From sequence record DRR723986_2279: a stretch of DNA of 52,031 nt, one strand, 5' to 3'. The first letter of the stretch is position 1, and each line of letters begins with the position of its first letter. Shown here in pieces: positions 10,967 through 21,909 of the stretch. The notes under the pieces are model-generated. The model was not told the origin of the DNA. It searched no databases and saw nothing but the letters and a program-made list of their open reading frames with translations. Position numbers and translations under genes: made by a program.

Positions 10967-11743
10967 TTACAGCCGAACCTCAACACCTTTGTCGGCCATA
11001 TACGCCTTGGCTTCGGGCACTGTGTGCTCGCCAAAGTGGAAGATGCTGGCCGCCAACACCGCGTCGGCTTTACCGGCGGTTACCCCTTCGACCAGGTGGT
11101 CCAGGGTACCGACACCACCCGAGGCAATAACAGGCACAGAAACCGCGTCGGCCACCGCGCTGGTGAGCGCCAGGTCGTAACCGGCCTTGGTGCCGTCGCC
11201 ATCCATACTGGTCAGCAAGATTTCGCCAGCGCCCAGCTCAACCATTTTTGCCGCCCACTCCACCGCATTGATGCCGGTAGGCTTGCGGCCACCGTGGGTA
11301 AATATCTCCCAGCGCGGGCTGCCATCGGCCTCATCGTCGACGCGCTTGGCATCGATCGCCACCACAATACACTGCGAGCCAAAGCGCTCGGCGGCGTCAC
11401 GCACAAAGTCGGGGTTGTGAATAGCTGCAGAGTTGATCGCTACCTTATCCGCCCCCGCATTCAGCATGGTGCGAATGTCTTTGATCTCGCGAATACCGCC
11501 GCCCACGGTGAGGGGAATAAACACCTCGGCAGCAATCTGCTCAACCGTGTGCACGGTCGTCTCACGTCCCTCGTGGGTGGCCGTGATGTCGAGAAAGGTG
11601 ATTTCGTCGGCGCCCTGTTCGTTGTAGCGCTTGGCGACCTCAACCGGGTCGCCCGCGTCGCGAATACCGACAAAGTTCACGCCTTTTACCACGCGTCCTT
11701 TATCAACGTCCAAACAGGGAATAATGCGTTTTGCCAGAGCCAT
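10967..11743 (-). CDS. hisF: Imidazole glycerol phosphate synthase cyclase subunit
   Basis: [33 protein letters not shown]. Confidence 0.97.
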   Translation of the reverse strand: MALAKRIIPCLDVDKGRVVKGVNFVGIRDAGDPVEVAKRYNEQGADEITFLDITATHEGRETTVHTVEQIAAEVFIPLTVGGGIREIKDIRTMLNAGADKVAINSAAIHNPDFVRDAAERFGSQCIVVAIDAKRVDDEADGSPRWEIFTHGGRKPTGINAVEWAAKMVELGAGEILLTSMDGDGTKAGYDLALTSAVADAVSVPVIASGGVGTLDHLVEGVTAGKADAVLAASIFHFGEHTVPEAKAYMADKGVEVRL

Positions 11744-11771
11744 TGCTGTGCTTACCTTGTTGTTAAGGGGC

Positions 11772-12503
11772 TTATTCGCCGTCGCAGTAGCGCTGCGCTT
11801 CTGCCAGATCCAGCTCGCCTTCATAAATCGCGCGACCGGTAATCGCACCGAGAATCCCGGCATCGGCCACGGCCTTCAGCGCACGAATATCATCCATATT
11901 CGTCACGCCGCCAGAGGCAATAACTTTCAGGCCAGAGGCCTGGGCCATGGCAACCGTGGCATCGATATTCACGCCCTGCATCATGCCGTCGCGGGCAATA
12001 TCGGTATAAACAATGGACGACACACCGTCTTGCTCGTAGCGCTTGGCCAGCTCTGTTGCCTGAATATCAGACACTTCGGCCCAGCCGTCGGTGGCCACCA
12101 GGCCATTTTTCGCATCCAGACCAACAATTACCGCACCGGGGAAGGCTTTGCAGGCCTCGGTAACGAAGGCGGGCTCTTTCACCGCCTTGGTACCGATAAT
12201 CACGTAGTTCACACCGGCATCCAGGTATTGCTCAATGGTATCGAGCGAGCGGATGCCACCGCCAATTTGTATTGGCAGATCAGGATAGGCCTTGGCGATC
12301 GCCATCACTGCCTCGCCATTTACAGGCTTGCCGTCAAACGCGCCGTTCAGATCAACCAAATGCAGGCGGCGAGCGCCCTGCTCTACCCAGCGGGCAGCCA
12401 TTTCTACCGGGTCGCTGCCATAAACGGTGGCGTCGCCCATTTCACCTTGGCGAAGGCGCACGCACTGGCCGTCTTTCAAATCAATTGCGGGAATCATTAA
12501 CAT
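11772..12503 (-). CDS. hisA: ProFAR isomerase
   Basis: [31 protein letters not shown]. Confidence 0.97.
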   Translation of the reverse strand: MLMIPAIDLKDGQCVRLRQGEMGDATVYGSDPVEMAARWVEQGARRLHLVDLNGAFDGKPVNGEAVMAIAKAYPDLPIQIGGGIRSLDTIEQYLDAGVNYVIIGTKAVKEPAFVTEACKAFPGAVIVGLDAKNGLVATDGWAEVSDIQATELAKRYEQDGVSSIVYTDIARDGMMQGVNIDATVAMAQASGLKVIASGGVTNMDDIRALKAVADAGILGAITGRAIYEGELDLAEAQRYCDGE

Positions 12504-12524
12504 AATTACAAAACCTGATAACGC

Positions 12525-13193
12525 TTAGGATACGGGCCGGAAGGTCGGTTGCCCGCCATCCCAGCGCAGAAAATTACTGAGCAGACGCAGACCGGTCTCG
12601 CCGCTCTTTTCCGGGTGAAACTGCACGGCAAACACATTCTCACAACTCATTGCGGCATGTATCTCTACCCCGTAGTGAGCCGTGGCGGCAACAAATTCAG
12701 GCGCGTCGATATAGTAGCTGTGCACAAAGTAGAAACGGCTATTATCGGCAATACCTTCCCACAGCGGGTGGTCGATGGTTTGGCTAACCGTGTTCCAGCC
12801 CATGTGCGGCACTTTCAGGCGCTCGCCGTTTGCCTCGCGCAGGTCTTTACCGAAAAACTTTACCTGGCCCGGTAGCACGTCCAAGCACTCGACGCCGCCG
12901 TTCTCCTCACTGTTTTCCATCAGCGCCTGCATACCCACGCAAATACCCAGCAGGGGTTTAGTGGCCGCCACTTCCTGAACAATTTCATCCAGGCCGCGGT
13001 TTTTCAGCTCAGCCATGCAGTCGCGAATCGCGCCCACACCGGGGAAAATCACCCGGTCGGCAGCAAAGATGGTATCCGGGCAATCGGTAACCTGTACCTC
13101 AACGTCGTCGCCACCGACCTTGTGCAGTGCACTGGCCACCGAGTGCAAATTACCCATGCCGTAGTCGATAACGGCAACGGTTGATTTAGTCAT
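12525..13193 (-). CDS. hisH: Imidazole glycerol phosphate synthase glutaminase subunit
   Basis: [25 protein letters not shown]. Confidence 0.97.
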   Translation of the reverse strand: MTKSTVAVIDYGMGNLHSVASALHKVGGDDVEVQVTDCPDTIFAADRVIFPGVGAIRDCMAELKNRGLDEIVQEVAATKPLLGICVGMQALMENSEENGGVECLDVLPGQVKFFGKDLREANGERLKVPHMGWNTVSQTIDHPLWEGIADNSRFYFVHSYYIDAPEFVAATAHYGVEIHAAMSCENVFAVQFHPEKSGETGLRLLSNFLRWDGGQPTFRPVS

Positions 13194-13205
13194 ATCGCAG
13201 AAATC

Positions 13206-13799
13206 CTAGAGACACCCTTTAGTCGACGGGGTAATGCCCGCCATACGCTCATCCACCGACAAGGCCATACGCAGGGCACGACCGAAGGCTTTAAACACCG
13301 TCTCGGCCTGGTGGTGAGTATTGGTGCCGCGCAAATTATCGATATGCAGGGTGACCTTGGCGTGGTTGATAAAGCCGTGGAAGAACTCTGAGAACAGGTC
13401 TACGTCGAAACCACCCACGCTGGCACGGGTATAGGGCACGTGGTATTCCAACCCGGGACGCCCAGAGAAGTCGATAACGACACGCGACAGGGCTTCATCC
13501 AGCGGCACATAGGCGTGGCCGTAACGGGTGATGCCTTTTTTATCGCCCACCGCCTCGGCAAAAGCCTGGCCCATGGTAATACCGATATCTTCCACGGTGT
13601 GGTGGTCGTCGATATGTAAATCGCCCTTGGCCTGCACAGCCAGGTCAATCATGCCGTGGCGGGCAATCTGATCCATCATGTGATCGAGAAAGGGAACTCC
13701 GGTCTCAAAGCTGGACTGGCCGGTGCCATCCAGATTTACACTGACCGTGATTTGGGTTTCCAGGGTGTTGCGGCTGATACTCGCCTTGCGCTCTGTCAT
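13206..13799 (-). CDS. hisB: Imidazoleglycerol-phosphate dehydratase
   Basis: [23 protein letters not shown]; monofunctional type. Confidence 0.97.
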   Translation of the reverse strand: MTERKASISRNTLETQITVSVNLDGTGQSSFETGVPFLDHMMDQIARHGMIDLAVQAKGDLHIDDHHTVEDIGITMGQAFAEAVGDKKGITRYGHAYVPLDEALSRVVIDFSGRPGLEYHVPYTRASVGGFDVDLFSEFFHGFINHAKVTLHIDNLRGTNTHHQAETVFKAFGRALRMALSVDERMAGITPSTKGCL

Positions 13800-13880
13800 C
13801 GACGTCTCTACTGAAGATTGCGTACAATACGCCATTATAAAAAATCCCGACCCGTATTACAGCCAGCAGAGTGCGGATAA

Positions 13881-14282
13881 ATGCCCGTATATTCAGAATA
13901 CATTCGCGATCCTGCCCCAGAGGACCGCGTAGACCTAGAACGTCTGTATGCCGACGACGCCGAAAAACTGATCAGCGCCGCGCAAAGTGAGCAACTCTTG
14001 CTGATTGGTGGACGCTTTAATGACCGCCTGATTGCCGCGATGACCTTAACGCCGATCCACAATGGCGACTACCAGTTGGCCAGGCTCACCGTTCGCGATA
14101 TCACCCGTCGACGCGGTGCAGCGCGCCAGCTATTGATCCAGGCGATGAAAGCATTGCCTGAGGACCTGCTCAGCATGTCGGCCGACATCTCCAGCGCGCC
14201 GGAACTCAGCCCGCTGCTGACCGAGCTGGGGTTTCAAAATCAAGGATCGACGTGGCAGTGGCAGCGCCCCAGCGGTGAGTGA
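13881..14282 (+). CDS. PanZ/PanM-family GNAT-like acetyl-CoA sensor
   Basis: DL..LY, GRFNDRLIAA, VRDITRRRGAA motifs. Confidence 0.75.
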   Translation: MPVYSEYIRDPAPEDRVDLERLYADDAEKLISAAQSEQLLLIGGRFNDRLIAAMTLTPIHNGDYQLARLTVRDITRRRGAARQLLIQAMKALPEDLLSMSADISSAPELSPLLTELGFQNQGSTWQWQRPSGE

Positions 14283-15345
14283 CAGCGACTTCAGCCGCCG
14301 CCTGCTGAACTGGTTCGACCAGCACGGCCGCAAAGACCTGCCCTGGCAGCAAGACATCAACCCCTATCGGGTGTGGGTGTCTGAAATTATGCTCCAGCAA
14401 ACCCAGGTCACCACGGTCATCCCCTACTATCAGCGCTTTATGGCCCGCTTCCCCAGCGCAGAGGCGCTGGCGCAGGCAGATATCGACGATGTTCTCGCCC
14501 TCTGGACGGGGCTGGGCTACTACGCCCGGGCGCGCAACCTGCACAAAGCGGCGCAAACCATTGTGAACGAGCACAACGGCGAGTTCCCGCAAACACCGGA
14601 GACTATCGCGTCACTGCCGGGTATTGGTCGCTCCACGGCCGCCGCAATATTCAGCATTGCCTGCGGCGGCAGCGCCGCCATTCTCGATGGCAACGTCAAA
14701 CGCGTGCTCAGCCGCCACAGCGCCATCGATGGCTGGCCGGGCAAGCGCGAGATTGAACAACGGCTTTGGCAGCTCGCCGAGGCTTACACCCCACAACAAC
14801 GGGCCGCCGACTACACCCAGGCCATCATGGACCTCGGCGCCACCCTTTGCCGGCGCAGCAAACCCGAGTGTGATCGCTGCCCCGTCAGTGACGATTGCAA
14901 GGCCAAGGCCATGGGCCGCCAGAGTGATTACCCCGGTAAAAAGCCACGCAAAGCCCTGCCGGTAAAAACCACCCATATGCTGTTGATTGAAAACCCTCAA
15001 GGGGAGATCCTGCTGGAAAAGCGCCCCAGCAGCGGCATTTGGGGCGGCCTGTGGAGCCTGCCGGAGCTGGACAGCGACGGTGATATCGACGACTACCTCG
15101 ACGCGACGGTTGGCCACAGTGGCGTTGCCGAAGCACTGAGCCCCATGCGCCACACCTTTAGTCACTACCACCTGGACATTCAACCGCAGCACATCCGCCT
15201 GCAGCGAGAGCCGACGCGGATCATGGAAGGCACTCGCCAGCTTTGGTATAAGGGTGGGCAACAACAGCTCGGCCTCGCGGCGCCCGTCAAAAAACTGCTC
15301 GACAGCCTGCTGCAAAACGACTTATTTACGGAATCCCAGCCATGA
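14275..15345 (+). CDS. mutY: A/G-specific adenine glycosylase
   Basis: [22 protein letters not shown] HhH, DGNVKRV, [4Fe-4S] CX6CX2CX5C. Confidence 0.97.
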   Translation: MSDSDFSRRLLNWFDQHGRKDLPWQQDINPYRVWVSEIMLQQTQVTTVIPYYQRFMARFPSAEALAQADIDDVLALWTGLGYYARARNLHKAAQTIVNEHNGEFPQTPETIASLPGIGRSTAAAIFSIACGGSAAILDGNVKRVLSRHSAIDGWPGKREIEQRLWQLAEAYTPQQRAADYTQAIMDLGATLCRRSKPECDRCPVSDDCKAKAMGRQSDYPGKKPRKALPVKTTHMLLIENPQGEILLEKRPSSGIWGGLWSLPELDSDGDIDDYLDATVGHSGVAEALSPMRHTFSHYHLDIQPQHIRLQREPTRIMEGTRQLWYKGGQQQLGLAAPVKKLLDSLLQNDLFTESQP

Positions 15346-15614
15346 CACGCACCGTTTTCTGCAAGAAATACCAACAAGAACTCGAAGGCCTGGCAAAGCC
15401 GCCCTACCCCGGCGCGAAAGGTCAGGAAATTTACGAAACCGTTTCCAAAAAAGCCTGGGAAGAGTGGCAGGCCCACCAAACCATGCTCATCAACGAGAAA
15501 CAGCTGAGCATGATGGACCCCGGCTCGCGAAAATTCCTCCAGGCGGAAATGGAAAAATTCTTTGCCGGCGAAGACTTTGAACAAGCCGAAGGCTACGTGC
15601 CGCCAAGCGCGTAA
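15342..15614 (+). CDS. yggX: Fe(II) trafficking / oxidative damage protection protein
   Basis: [21 protein letters not shown]; overlaps the mutY stop. Confidence 0.95.
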   Translation: MTRTVFCKKYQQELEGLAKPPYPGAKGQEIYETVSKKAWEEWQAHQTMLINEKQLSMMDPGSRKFLQAEMEKFFAGEDFEQAEGYVPPSA

Positions 15615-15623
15615 GCGCTACAT

Positions 15624-16574
15624 TCAGCCCGCCGCCCCGCGACGCCCGTCGAGCAGTGCCATCACCGTCGCGGTATAGGCGGGCTCATGGCCCAGTGCGC
15701 GACAGCGCGCCACCACTGCGCCGCAAATCGCCGCCACCTCGAGTGGTCGCTGCTTTTCAGCATCCACTAACATCGAGGTTTTAATCGCATTAAACTGGCT
15801 GATCACCTCGAACATCTCATCGAGGTCAGTTGCGGTCAGCTCGACGTGATCCGCTGCCGCTGCCACGACAACCTCATTCATCATTCCCAAAACAATGCGC
15901 TTGTAGTCCGGCTGGTGGGTTAACGTGCGCGTGTCCAACCCGGTCAGGGCCGACAGCGGATTGACGCCATTGTTGATAATTAACTTTCGCCACAGCGAGT
16001 ACTGAATGTCCTCGCTTATCTCGGCGGGGATATTCGCAGCATCGAACACCCGCTTCATCTTTTTCAGCAGGACAAGGCGGCGTTCCGTTGCCCCCTTTGC
16101 GCTGGGCCAGCAGCCCATCACCACACGCGCCTCACCCTCAGCCTGAATAACACCCGGCGAAACGATGTGGCCGCCAATTTTTATCGCCAACCCACCCAGC
16201 GTTCGCTCGTTACCCAGGTGGCGGGCGATGATCGGCTCATTGTCGACGCCATTTTGCAAAGACAGCACCGGCAGCTCTGCCGCGCTCAGCCAGTGGTTCA
16301 GCGTCGTCATTACCGATGCGGTTGCTCCGGCTTTAACCGCAAGCACCACAACATCAAAATCGTCGGCAGCATAGCCATCAACAAGCGACTGCTGGTCGAC
16401 CGCCACCACGGGCGGGTGTAGCTCTCCCCCCTCCCAGCGCACAATCAACCCCGCCTGCTGAATGGCCTGCAAGTGCTCGCCGCGTGCGCTCACCGTGACG
16501 TCTTCGCCTGCCTCGGCAAGTCGGGCCGCATAGTAGCCACCAATGCCGCCTGCCCCGATAATCAGCCAACGCAT
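15624..16574 (-). CDS. 2-dehydropantoate 2-reductase family protein (PanE/ApbA)
   Basis: GAGGIGG Rossmann motif, LQNGV, WRKLIIN, SMLVD, E..AICG. Confidence 0.85.
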   Translation of the reverse strand: MRWLIIGAGGIGGYYAARLAEAGEDVTVSARGEHLQAIQQAGLIVRWEGGELHPPVVAVDQQSLVDGYAADDFDVVVLAVKAGATASVMTTLNHWLSAAELPVLSLQNGVDNEPIIARHLGNERTLGGLAIKIGGHIVSPGVIQAEGEARVVMGCWPSAKGATERRLVLLKKMKRVFDAANIPAEISEDIQYSLWRKLIINNGVNPLSALTGLDTRTLTHQPDYKRIVLGMMNEVVVAAAADHVELTATDLDEMFEVISQFNAIKTSMLVDAEKQRPLEVAAICGAVVARCRALGHEPAYTATVMALLDGRRGAAG

Positions 16575-16592
16575 TGCTTCGCCCTCGTCACT

Positions 16593-17216
16593 TTAGGCCC
16601 AGGCGCAACCGCTCAGGACCGCGCGCCCCGACTCAGAGCGACTGTCAAATATTCGGGAAGGCGCCTGACTTCCGGCCAACCCAACCGCCGCGCAAATCAG
16701 TGCCCGAGACTCGGCAACCCCCGCCGCACTGCGAACACTCTCACTCTGCAATTGCCTTATCGCTGCCAGCATTTCTTGCTGACTTGCGGGGCTGGCCCTG
16801 CTGGCCTGGCGGTCAAAACACATCACTGCCAAGCCAGGTGCTAGGCCCTCAGCAAGCTGTGCACCGAACTGCTGATAATCAACCGCTGGATAATCTGCCG
16901 GCACGTGGAGCTCCATCACCGACACCGAGCGATGCGGTAGCAACAAGCCCGCCAGCAACGTTAAGCGCGAGGACACATGCCGCTGAACATCCACCTTTAG
17001 AACGGCAGCGCACTTCGCCTTTAACTTTGAGGCGTAAGCGGCGCTAGCCACGCTGTGGCAAATTCGCAGCGCGCGCCGCTCGGGACTGCGGCTAATCACC
17101 AGCAAGGCATCGATATCCGGCAGCGCAGCAAACCACTGGCTCACCGGCGAGCAGGCGGTAATCCTTAGCAGCGCTTCCATGCTGGACGAGAGGTAGATAA
17201 CCGGCACTCTTTGCAT
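16593..17216 (-). CDS. Hypothetical protein, possibly degenerate LigB/DODA-fold; paralogue of 40959-41645
   Basis: Co-oriented directly after dmpI; shares colinear blocks with the ORF at 40959-41645; TTG start at 17222 also possible. Confidence 0.65.
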   Translation of the reverse strand: MQRVPVIYLSSSMEALLRITACSPVSQWFAALPDIDALLVISRSPERRALRICHSVASAAYASKLKAKCAAVLKVDVQRHVSSRLTLLAGLLLPHRSVSVMELHVPADYPAVDYQQFGAQLAEGLAPGLAVMCFDRQASRASPASQQEMLAAIRQLQSESVRSAAGVAESRALICAAVGLAGSQAPSRIFDSRSESGRAVLSGCAWA

Positions 17217-17254
17217 CGCCAACGCCCCTTTACCTCTGATAGCCGCGAGCTGAT

Positions 17255-17446
17255 TCAGCGCCCCAGCTTTTTCGCCGACTGCCCCGCAATGCCAAAGTGC
17301 TGCTTTGGCATCTCAGTGATCAATACTCTGATGCGCTCCATCGGCGCATCCAATGACCGCGACATCGCCTCGGTGACTTCGCGAATCAACGTTTCCTTCT
17401 GTTCGTCGCTACGGCCTTCAATAATATAAAGTTGTGCTATCGGCAT
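17255..17446 (-). CDS. dmpI: 4-oxalocrotonate tautomerase
   Basis: (M)[23 protein letters not shown] with catalytic Pro1. Confidence 0.96.
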   Translation of the reverse strand: MPIAQLYIIEGRSDEQKETLIREVTEAMSRSLDAPMERIRVLITEMPKQHFGIAGQSAKKLGR

Positions 17447-17457
17447 AGTGGTCTCCT

Positions 17458-18252
17458 TTATTCAAAACGCGCCGAAACAGAGCCAAGCCCCTGGTAGCGC
17501 ACACAGATATTGTCTCCCGCCTCAACCGCAATCGCGGCGGTAATACCACCGGTCATAATGAAAGTGCCGGCGGGAATGTGCTCGCCGCGCTCCGCCAGCA
17601 GGTTGGCTAACATCGCCACACTGGAAGCGGGGTGACCAAGCACCGCTGCGCCAGCGCCCACTTCAACGATTTCACCGTTTTTCTCAACGACAACGCCCAG
17701 TGTTTTCAGGTCCACATCAGAGACATCAGCCATCTGCCCGCCGGTAATAAAACGGGTCGAAGACGCGTTGTCGGCAACCACGCTAATGAGGTCAAATTTG
17801 AAATTTTCATAGCGCGAATCGATCACTTCCACAGCGGGAATCACAAAGTCGGTAGCGGCCAACACATCGCCAATATGGCAACCGGGGCCTTTTAGTGGCG
17901 CCTTGGTTACAAAGGCGATTTCCGCTTCAATCTTGGGGTGAACCAATTCTTTGGTATTTACCACGCCGCCGTCGGCGACGCTAAAATAGTCGGCAAGGAA
18001 GCCGTAAATCGGCGTTTCCACACCCATCTGCGCCATTTTTGCCCAGGAGGTTAGGCCCATTTTCAAACCGACGATTTTATTGCCCCGCGCCTCTTTGCGG
18101 CGGCGGATTTCCCACTGCACGTCATAGGCATCCTCGAAGCTCATATCCGGGTACTGATTCGTCACCTTGGTAATATCGTGAGCTTGGAGTTCAGCATTTT
18201 CGATATGCTCAGCAAGCGCCAATACCTGGTCGTTAGTTAGTGTTTTTGTCAT
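17458..18252 (-). CDS. dmpH: 4-oxalocrotonate decarboxylase
   Basis: [31 protein letters not shown]. Confidence 0.93.
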   Translation of the reverse strand: MTKTLTNDQVLALAEHIENAELQAHDITKVTNQYPDMSFEDAYDVQWEIRRRKEARGNKIVGLKMGLTSWAKMAQMGVETPIYGFLADYFSVADGGVVNTKELVHPKIEAEIAFVTKAPLKGPGCHIGDVLAATDFVIPAVEVIDSRYENFKFDLISVVADNASSTRFITGGQMADVSDVDLKTLGVVVEKNGEIVEVGAGAAVLGHPASSVAMLANLLAERGEHIPAGTFIMTGGITAAIAVEAGDNICVRYQGLGSVSARFE

Positions 18253-18255
18253 CGC

Positions 18256-19284
18256 TTATCCCTCTTGTGCGGCGAGCAAGTCCAGCGCCACATCCACAAT
18301 CATGTCTTCTTGACCACCCACCATCCGGCGACGGCCCAGCTCTACTAAAATATCCACGGTTTTCAGGCCGTATTTCTTCGCCGCCACTTCTGAGTGACGC
18401 AGGAAGCTTGAGTAAACCCCCGCATAGCCCAGAGCCAGCGTTTCGCGGTCTACCCGTACCGGGCGGTCCTGCAGGGGACGCACAATGTCGTCGGCCGCAT
18501 CCATCAGGGCGTAGATGTCGGTGCCGTGTTCCCAGCCCATTTTGTCGAAGGCGGCAATGCACACTTCCAGCGGCGCGTTACCGGCACCCGCACCCATGCC
18601 CGCCAGACTGGCATCCACCCGGTCGCAGCCTTCTTCTACCGCAACAATGGAGTTGGCCACGCCCAGCGCGAGGTTGTGGTGGGCGTGAATGCCGGTCAGG
18701 GTGTCGGGCTTGAGGACGTCTTTGAGGGCCCGGAAGCGGTCGCGGATGTCGTTCATGTTCATGGCGCCGCCAGAGTCCACCACGTACAGGCAGGTCGCGC
18801 CGTAGTCTTCCATCAGCTTGGCCTGCTGCGCCAGGCCCTGCGGGGCTTGCATGTGGCTCATCATCAGGAAGCCAACGGTGTCCATGCCCAGTTTGCGGGC
18901 GTGTTCAATGTGCTGGCGGGAGACATCGGCTTCGGTGCAGTGGGTGGCGACCCGCACGATGCGGGCACCGGCGTTGTAGGCGGCGTCGAGGTCGTGAACG
19001 GTGCCGATGCCGGGCAGCAGCAGGGTGGCGATCTGGGCGTATTCAACCACTTCGGCCACGGCTTCAATCCACTCCAGGTCGGTGTGGGCGCCAAAGCCGT
19101 AGTTGAAGCTGGAGCCTTGCAGGCCGTCGCCGTGGGCCACTTCGATGCTATCGACCTTGGCCTGGTCGAGGGCGCGGGCGATGTCCTGCACATTTTTCAG
19201 GGAGTATTGATGGCGAATGGCGTGGCTGCCGTCGCGCAGGGTCACGTCGGAGATATACAGCTTTTTGCCGCGAGTAAATGTCAT
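18256..19284 (-). CDS. dmpG: 4-hydroxy-2-oxovalerate aldolase
   Basis: [25 protein letters not shown]. Confidence 0.96.
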   Translation of the reverse strand: MTFTRGKKLYISDVTLRDGSHAIRHQYSLKNVQDIARALDQAKVDSIEVAHGDGLQGSSFNYGFGAHTDLEWIEAVAEVVEYAQIATLLLPGIGTVHDLDAAYNAGARIVRVATHCTEADVSRQHIEHARKLGMDTVGFLMMSHMQAPQGLAQQAKLMEDYGATCLYVVDSGGAMNMNDIRDRFRALKDVLKPDTLTGIHAHHNLALGVANSIVAVEEGCDRVDASLAGMGAGAGNAPLEVCIAAFDKMGWEHGTDIYALMDAADDIVRPLQDRPVRVDRETLALGYAGVYSSFLRHSEVAAKKYGLKTVDILVELGRRRMVGGQEDMIVDVALDLLAAQEG

Positions 19285-19294
19285 GGTGTGCTCC

Positions 19295-20230
19295 TCAGTT
19301 GACCAGCGATTCGGCGATGCGCTCAGCGGTACCCATTGCCGCCGAGGTCATAATGTCGAGGTTGCCTGCGTAGGCAGGCAGGTAGTGGGCAGCGCCTTCC
19401 ACTTCAAGGAAGATGGAGGTTTTCAGGCCGCTGAAGCGGCCAAGGCCGGGCACGTTCATGGGCTGGTCGGCGGGAATGTCGTCAAACTGGACTTTTTGTT
19501 TGAGGCGATAGCCGGGCACATAGCTGTTCACTGCCGCGACCATGGCCTCCACGGAGGCTTCCACTTCGGCTTTGTCGGCGGCCTCGGAGAGCACGTACAC
19601 AGTGTCGCGCATCAGCAGCGGTGGCTCGGCGGGATTGAGAATGATGATGGCCTTGCCTTTTTGGGCGCCGCCCACCACTTCAATGGCCTTGGAGGTGGTT
19701 TCGGTAAATTCGTCGATGTTGGCGCGGGTGCCCGGCCCGGCCGACTTGCTGGAGATGGAGGCCACAATCTCGGCGTAGTGGACCTTGGCAATGCGCGATA
19801 CCGCGGCCACCATCGGAATGGTGGCCTGGCCGCCACACGTCACCATGTTGACGTTACCCTCACCCAGATGTTGTTCCAGGTTAACCACCGGCACGCAGTA
19901 GGGGCCGATAGCTGCCGGGGTCAGGTCGATAATTTTAAGATTCGGCTTGCGGCTGCGCAGAAACACTTCGTTGTGCATGTGCGCCTTGGCCGAGGTGGCA
20001 TCAAACACGATGTCGATGTCGGCAAACGTCGGCATGTTCACCAGTCCCTCCACCCCTTCGTGGGTGGTGGCCACGCCCATGCGGGCGGCGCGGGCCAGGC
20101 CGTCGGAGTCGGGGTCGATACCGACCATCGCGCCCATTTCCAGGAACTGGCCCTTGCGCAGAATCTTGATCATCAGGTCGGTGCCGATGTTGCCCGAGCC
20201 GATGATTGCGGCTTTGAGTTTCTTGCTCAT
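19295..20230 (-). CDS. dmpF: Acetaldehyde dehydrogenase (acylating)
   Basis: [32 protein letters not shown]. Confidence 0.96.
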   Translation of the reverse strand: MSKKLKAAIIGSGNIGTDLMIKILRKGQFLEMGAMVGIDPDSDGLARAARMGVATTHEGVEGLVNMPTFADIDIVFDATSAKAHMHNEVFLRSRKPNLKIIDLTPAAIGPYCVPVVNLEQHLGEGNVNMVTCGGQATIPMVAAVSRIAKVHYAEIVASISSKSAGPGTRANIDEFTETTSKAIEVVGGAQKGKAIIILNPAEPPLLMRDTVYVLSEAADKAEVEASVEAMVAAVNSYVPGYRLKQKVQFDDIPADQPMNVPGLGRFSGLKTSIFLEVEGAAHYLPAYAGNLDIMTSAAMGTAERIAESLVN

Positions 20231-20259
20231 AATACTTCCTCGATAGATTGCCAGCGGCC

Positions 20260-21045
20260 TTACACAAACCGCACGGAGGCGCTGCCGATACCACCAATGT
20301 CCACCCGCAGGCTGTCGCCCGCCTGCACCGGCTCCAGAGGCACCAGCGAACCCGACAGAATCACTTCGCCAGCCTTGAGGGAAATACCGAATTCGCCCAG
20401 CGTGTTTGCCAGCCAGGCCACACAGTTCACCGGCGAGCCCAGCGCGGCACCGCCAGCGCCGGTGCTGATGAGCGCACCGTTCTTTTCCACCACCATGCCG
20501 CAGGTAACAAGATCAACCTTGCGTGGCGATACCGCTTCGTCGCCCAGCACAAACAAGCCGCATGAGGCGTTGTCGGCCACAGTGTCCTGAATGGCAATAT
20601 TCCAGTCCTTGATGCGGGAATCGACAATCTCGAAGCAGGGCATCACGCACTCGGTAGCCGCCAGTACATCGGCGTTAGTCACGCCCGGACCACACAGGTC
20701 TTTCTTCAGGATGAAGGCAATTTCCCCCTCGGCACGCGGCGCAATAAGACGCTCGCTGATCGGCATCACTTCACCGCTGTTAAACACCATGTCGTCGGTC
20801 AGATAACCAAAATCCGGCTGATGTACGTTCAGCATGGTTTGCACCGCCTTGCTGGTGACACCGATTTTTTTGCCGATGACCCGTGCGCCCGCCGCTTGAC
20901 GGCGCTCCAGCATACGCAGGGAAATGTGGTAAGCATCTTCAATGCTGATGTCTTCACCACGGCTGGTCAGAGGTGAGACCGCTTCACGGGCGAGCATCGC
21001 CTCGTAGAGTTCATCACCGAGTAACTGAATTTTTGACGGCTCCAT
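20260..21045 (-). CDS. dmpE: 2-hydroxypenta-2,4-dienoate hydratase
   Basis: [34 protein letters not shown] coupling to dmpD. Confidence 0.93.
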   Translation of the reverse strand: MEPSKIQLLGDELYEAMLAREAVSPLTSRGEDISIEDAYHISLRMLERRQAAGARVIGKKIGVTSKAVQTMLNVHQPDFGYLTDDMVFNSGEVMPISERLIAPRAEGEIAFILKKDLCGPGVTNADVLAATECVMPCFEIVDSRIKDWNIAIQDTVADNASCGLFVLGDEAVSPRKVDLVTCGMVVEKNGALISTGAGGAALGSPVNCVAWLANTLGEFGISLKAGEVILSGSLVPLEPVQAGDSLRVDIGGIGSASVRFV

Positions 21046-21902
21046 CAAGCCCCTCCTGTCGCCGTGTTATCGGCTTCGTTAAGAAAATCATTCACCAGCC
21101 GCGCAAAGCGGTCGGCGTGTTCGATCTGAGTCCAGTGTCCGCAGCGCCCGAACACATGCAGCTGAGCGCGGTCGATCAGTTCGGCAAGCCGCAGCGAGGC
21201 GCTGAGCGGAATCACCTCATCCTCGCGTCCGTGCAGAATCAGCGTGTCGTGGGGCAGTGCGCGGATGGCCTCTTCCGGGCTGCCGAGCGCATCCACCCAG
21301 CGTTGGCGCGGCGCTGGAAACATCGCCGCAAAAGACTCCTGAAAGCCGGGGCGAATACTGGCCTGATAGCGCAGCTCGGCCAGCTCGTCAGTTACCAGGC
21401 TGCGATCGTAGGCAAACACGTCGAGCAGCTTGCGCATGGCCTCCAGCGACGGTTCATAACCCCATACGGCATCCAGTCCGGCGGTAAGCGGAAAGCTCAC
21501 GCCCACCGACCCCATCAGCACCAGACGGCGCACCCGCTGCGGGTACGCAATAGCCAGTGCCAGTGCCAGTCCACCACCAAAGGAATTGCCGACCAGATCC
21601 ACCTGTTCCAGTCCCAGCGCATCCATTACGCCGATGGCATGGTCCACCCAGCGTTGGCGGTTGTAGACGCCATCTGCCGGGCGCTCGCTGTAACCAAAGC
21701 CGAGCATGTCGGGGGCAATAACGCGGCGCGAGGTTGCCAGCGACGGCATGACCAGTCGCCAGTTGGCCCAGGCGGTAACGCCGGGACCGGAGCCGTGAAT
21801 CAGCATCACCGGAAAGCCTTCGCCCACATCATGCAGATTGGTGCGATAACCCGCCGCGCTGATTTCCCGGCCCAGTTCAGGGCTTTCTATGGCAGCACTC
21901 AT
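21045..21902 (-). CDS. dmpD: 2-hydroxymuconic semialdehyde hydrolase
   Basis: HGSGPGVTAWANWR, GNSFGG, CGHWTQIEH. Confidence 0.95.
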   Translation of the reverse strand: MSAAIESPELGREISAAGYRTNLHDVGEGFPVMLIHGSGPGVTAWANWRLVMPSLATSRRVIAPDMLGFGYSERPADGVYNRQRWVDHAIGVMDALGLEQVDLVGNSFGGGLALALAIAYPQRVRRLVLMGSVGVSFPLTAGLDAVWGYEPSLEAMRKLLDVFAYDRSLVTDELAELRYQASIRPGFQESFAAMFPAPRQRWVDALGSPEEAIRALPHDTLILHGREDEVIPLSASLRLAELIDRAQLHVFGRCGHWTQIEHADRFARLVNDFLNEADNTATGGA

Positions 21903-21909
21903 CAGCACC

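Noticed and set aside
10934-12500. Plus-strand ORFs of 302 and 289 aa
   Set aside because: Antisense to hisF and hisA
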